A DNA stretch of 63,269 bases, filler included, from Candidatus Sysuiplasma jiujiangense (GTDB lineage Archaea > Thermoplasmatota > Thermoplasmata > Sysuiplasmatales > Sysuiplasmataceae): the NCBI GenBank assembly GCA_019721075.1. It is 3 parts of 3 records of this genome, joined end to end, with 100 filler letters (N's around TTAATTAATTAA, not from the genome) between each part and the next. Parts side by side here need not be neighbours in the genome. Positions count along the whole stretch, not along the records: positions 44,460 to 63,269 come from JAHEAD010000023.1; 2 more parts are not named here. One strand, given 5' to 3'. The notes under the pieces are model-generated. The model saw only the letters and a program-made list of their open reading frames with translations, did not search any database and was not told where the DNA came from. This document shows, piece by piece, positions 60,271 through 63,269 of this stretch. The position numbers and the translations under genes were made by a program. Every line of letters begins with the position of its first letter. The stretch's first letter is position 1.

Positions 60271-60703
60271 TCATGTGTTCCCTGGTGTCAAGCATGATGC
60301 CCTTCCTTATCCAGTATCTTGCGGGAGGGAGATTGAGTATGATCCTCCAGGCGCCCTTCGGTCTCAGGTTTATCATGCCCTCCAGGACACAGCTGTTCCC
60401 CTCGCCGCGCATTCTATAGTGTCCGCTGATATTCCAGAGCCTGCTTTCTGACTCAAACTCCACATCTCCCGGCGGCTTAAGCACGGCAACAGTCCTGTCC
60501 GTGAAGTGCAGCGGTCTCGTGAATGTGTCCGCCATTCTGACGATATTCCCCTCCCTTGAGATTACCTTCCTGCTGACCTTCATGTACCTGTTGTCCGCGG
60601 AGTCCTGGTCAGTGTAATCAGTCCACCAGGCGAAGAGTTCCCTGCAATGCGCCTCCACCGTTTCCCTGATGTGTAAAATCATACTGCCGTCCCGGAGGCG
60701 CAT
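60218..60703 (-). CDS. SRPBCC-like hypothetical protein
   Basis: ELFAWWTDY and beta-rich START-like pattern. Confidence 0.55.
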   Translation of the reverse strand: MRLRDGSMILHIRETVEAHCRELFAWWTDYTDQDSADNRYMKVSRKVISREGNIVRMADTFTRPLHFTDRTVAVLKPPGDVEFESESRLWNISGHYRMRGEGNSCVLEGMINLRPKGAWRIILNLPPARYWIRKGIMLDTREHMNDFLSDRSKGKTGAGSN

Positions 60704-60704
60704 G

Positions 60705-61343
60705 TCAGTCGGCAGTCCTGCCGCCTGCGACAGGTCGCGGATGGTGTCCCCGCGCCTCCCTTATCATCCTGGCGTAAACCCTGACAATTCCGCTCGCCTC
60801 CACGGCCCCCCTCTTCACGGAGCTGTTCTCTGTCTTTATGCTTGTGATCACTGCCTTTCCCCTGCCCGTCTCGATGATGTCGCCTATTGTGAACTCCTCC
60901 TCCGGCTGCGCCTCAATCCTGAGCGATATCGTTCTGGATCCCTGGTTCACGGAAACCCTGACAAACCTGACGGCTGAAGTCCTGGCCCATATCGACACTA
61001 TGTCAGTGCACTTTGCCTGTGCCGCCCTTCCGTTCCTGGTGTCTATCGCAGTGACGACGCATCTGCTGTTGCCGAGGTACATCTCCTCCCCGACCACGAC
61101 GCTCTCGTCGCTGAACAGCTTTGTCATCCCCCTTGCCGAGGTTCCCTCGCTGCTGAGCACGTACGGTATGTCGACGAGCTTCTCCTCGGAGAAGACTCTC
61201 TTCTGTATGCTGAGGCATTCGGAACACCTCAGCGTGAATTCCATTCCCTCCCTCTTCACGCCTCTCTTGGCATGCACCAGCGAGTGGGCCGTCACCCTGC
61301 CGCATGCGGGGCACTCTACATCGAAATCCTCTCCGCCGGTCAT
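60705..61343 (-). CDS. HVO_0476-family zinc-finger protein
   Basis: CPAC...CSEC followed by duplicated beta repeats ending WAR and YAR. Confidence 0.8.
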   Translation of the reverse strand: MTGGEDFDVECPACGRVTAHSLVHAKRGVKREGMEFTLRCSECLSIQKRVFSEEKLVDIPYVLSSEGTSARGMTKLFSDESVVVGEEMYLGNSRCVVTAIDTRNGRAAQAKCTDIVSIWARTSAVRFVRVSVNQGSRTISLRIEAQPEEEFTIGDIIETGRGKAVITSIKTENSSVKRGAVEASGIVRVYARMIREARGHHPRPVAGGRTAD

Positions 61344-61993
61344 CGCCTTCCGCCCTTCACGAATGAAAGTATTGCGCTCAGATCCTTTTCACGGATGACA
61401 TAGTCAGCCGCCTCCTCTATGCTCCTGTTCCAGGGATTGAATGCAATGCACTTCCCGGCCATCCTGAACATGGAAATGTCAGTCGGCCCGTCACCCACGG
61501 CGAGGCACTCCTCCCTGGCGACGCCTTCGCTCTTCATGATCTCCGCTGCACATTTCGATTTGTCCCTTATGTCAACTCTCAGTATACCCTCCCCCGTCAG
61601 TCTGCCCGTTCCGTCCGCCTCGAGGCCGTTTGCAACCTGGTAATCTATTCCCGTCATTTCAGCCACCTGCTGCGCAAGCAGATCAATTCCGCCGCTCACG
61701 ATCGCCGTCCTTACTCCCTGCCTTTTGAGTTCGGCAACAGTCCTTGAGGCTCCCTTCATCAGTCCCACCCCGCCCAGTATCGCCTTTATGTCGCCAAGGC
61801 AGAGATCCGGTTTCTTTTCCATCCACAGCCGGATATCGGAGCGCATGAATTCCATCTGGTCTATCCTGCCTTCAAAAAAAAGCTTTGCGTTCTCACCGTT
61901 GTCCACGCCAAAGTGCCTGTGGACCGTCACCCATGAACTCGGTGTATCCACCAGCACGCCGTCCATGTCGAAAAGAACAAGCCGGGCATTCAT
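61340..61993 (-). CDS. HAD-IB phosphoserine phosphatase-like hydrolase
   Basis: FDMDGVL, VSGG, GDGPTD. Confidence 0.88.
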   Translation of the reverse strand: MNARLVLFDMDGVLVDTPSSWVTVHRHFGVDNGENAKLFFEGRIDQMEFMRSDIRLWMEKKPDLCLGDIKAILGGVGLMKGASRTVAELKRQGVRTAIVSGGIDLLAQQVAEMTGIDYQVANGLEADGTGRLTGEGILRVDIRDKSKCAAEIMKSEGVAREECLAVGDGPTDISMFRMAGKCIAFNPWNRSIEEAADYVIREKDLSAILSFVKGGRR

Positions 61994-62004
61994 CCGACCA
62001 CCTG

Positions 62005-63075
62005 TCAGCTTTCTTTCCTGCCTGTATCGGTGTCTTCATTCTTTCCCTTTTTGCTTTCCGGCGACTCCTTCCAGTTGTAGCTCTTGTTCAGTAGTGTGAC
62101 GCTGCCCGCCACAATTATGATGGAAAGCGCGAGCGCGATAAACATGAGCGAATGGTTGAGATCCAGCTTGCCGATAAAGCCGGACACCGGGAAGATGTAT
62201 GAGTGGGACAGCGCCACGAGCGTGAAGTTCAGGGATACAATCCTGGACAGCTGTATTGTCACCGAGCTTTCCCCCGGGGAGAATCCCCCCTTCTCCACTC
62301 TCACTATGTAGTTTCCCTGCGATACATTGACAAACTCGTACAGGCCGCTGCTGTCAGTAACCGTGCGGCGGAACGATCCGTTTGAGCTGATCAGCGTCAC
62401 GTTCGCACCGCCCAGCGGTATAATGCGGCCCAGGCTGTTGGTCGCGTTCACAACGCCGATCAGTTCGCCGAGAAGCGGCCTGAGCGTGAAATTCAGCCAG
62501 GAGTGGACGCCCTGAACGATCCTGATGGTCGTGCTGTTGGTGAAGTAGCCTGCCTTGCTGACGGTGACGTTGAACTTCCCCCCGGGTATATTGCTGAATG
62601 AATATTCTCCAAGGGGCTCGCTCGTATGGGTGGTGAAGGCAACGGTTGAGTTGTTCAGTACCACCGTCGCCATAGGCAGCGAGACGAAACCGTTGTTCAC
62701 GTAACCTGTAAGATTTCCCTGAAGCTCGTACATGGTGAAGTTGGCATAGAAATCAGCTGTCTGAATGCTTTCGTTGATATACGTCCTGTTCGCGCTGTAT
62801 CCGGAGAGAAGAGCCGTTATGTCGTACTTACCGGGGCTGACAGACTGCGTCACTGTCCCGTTTGAACCTGTTTTGTATGAGCCGGAATTCCCGCTGGAGA
62901 CATTCTTGATAATGACTGTCGCGTTTGCAACGGGCTGTCCGCTGATGTTCACGACCTTCGCGATAATCTCCGGATCTGAAGCTGCAGCGGCTGCCGAAGG
63001 CAGGGCAGGCATCAATGCGACGCCTGCCAGAACGGCCGCAACGACAAATACAAATGCTTTTACAGCCATATGCAC
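62005..63075 (-). CDS. Surface protein with three carboxypeptidase-regulatory-like repeats and a C-terminal TM
   Basis: Repeated G.V.N..G.P...ATV...G.Y pattern; signal peptide and TM. Confidence 0.8.
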   Translation of the reverse strand: MHMAVKAFVFVVAAVLAGVALMPALPSAAAAASDPEIIAKVVNISGQPVANATVIIKNVSSGNSGSYKTGSNGTVTQSVSPGKYDITALLSGYSANRTYINESIQTADFYANFTMYELQGNLTGYVNNGFVSLPMATVVLNNSTVAFTTHTSEPLGEYSFSNIPGGKFNVTVSKAGYFTNSTTIRIVQGVHSWLNFTLRPLLGELIGVVNATNSLGRIIPLGGANVTLISSNGSFRRTVTDSSGLYEFVNVSQGNYIVRVEKGGFSPGESSVTIQLSRIVSLNFTLVALSHSYIFPVSGFIGKLDLNHSLMFIALALSIIIVAGSVTLLNKSYNWKESPESKKGKNEDTDTGRKES

Positions 63076-63225
63076 AGCAGTCTCACATAGATGAGAAATG
63101 CTATATTAATGATGGACCCTGCCTGCAGCTGCGCGCGCAGCTGCTGTCGCTCCTCCGTCGTTATGTGGTAAAAGGGTAATTAGCAGCAGGAAACTTCAAT
63201 ACCATATGTGCTTATGTAGGGTCAA

Positions 63226-63269
63226 ATGAAGTTGGCGGATTGGGCGCGGGAACAAGGCATAGATTACAA
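63226..63269 (+). mobile_element. tnpA: Start of a second IS607 tnpA (truncated by the window end)
   Basis: MKLADWAREQGIDY parallels MKLSVWARKEGIGY of the first IS607. Confidence 0.75.

Overview
The window is a pseudo-scaffold of three contigs joined by N-TTAATTAATTAA-N linkers (23146-23245 and 44360-44459). Contig 1 (1-23145) has an exact 99-bp terminal direct repeat, so it is a complete circular element of about 23,046 bp. It reads as a temperate, probably enveloped archaeal virus. It encodes a protein resembling fusellovirus (SSV1) VP2 nucleoprotein, a membrane virion module (1595-aa and ~990-aa surface proteins, small hairpin membrane proteins, an FtsK/HerA-type ATPase), two tyrosine recombinases, a Holliday junction resolvase and a translationally coupled train of Zn-finger microproteins. 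No HK97/jelly-roll capsid protein or replicase is recognisable by eye. Non-coding signals include a candidate tRNA-Ala-like attP inside the integrase gene, two iteron-like repeat clusters, and a ~165-nt multi-helix RNA leader ahead of the structural operon. Two paralogs share a C-terminal domain but carry either a wHTH or a 4-TM N-terminus. Contigs 2 and 3 are chromosome of a Thermoplasmata-like archaeon (katG, alaS, eIF5A, Nop5, mtnA, sepF, rtcB, purD, gatD/gatE and others). They include an IS-rich patch with IS481-like, ISH3-like and IS607 elements, a MITE, an IS200/IS605 end remnant and a split aquaporin. The virus-host link rests only on co-concatenation. All homology calls come from motif recognition, not database searches.
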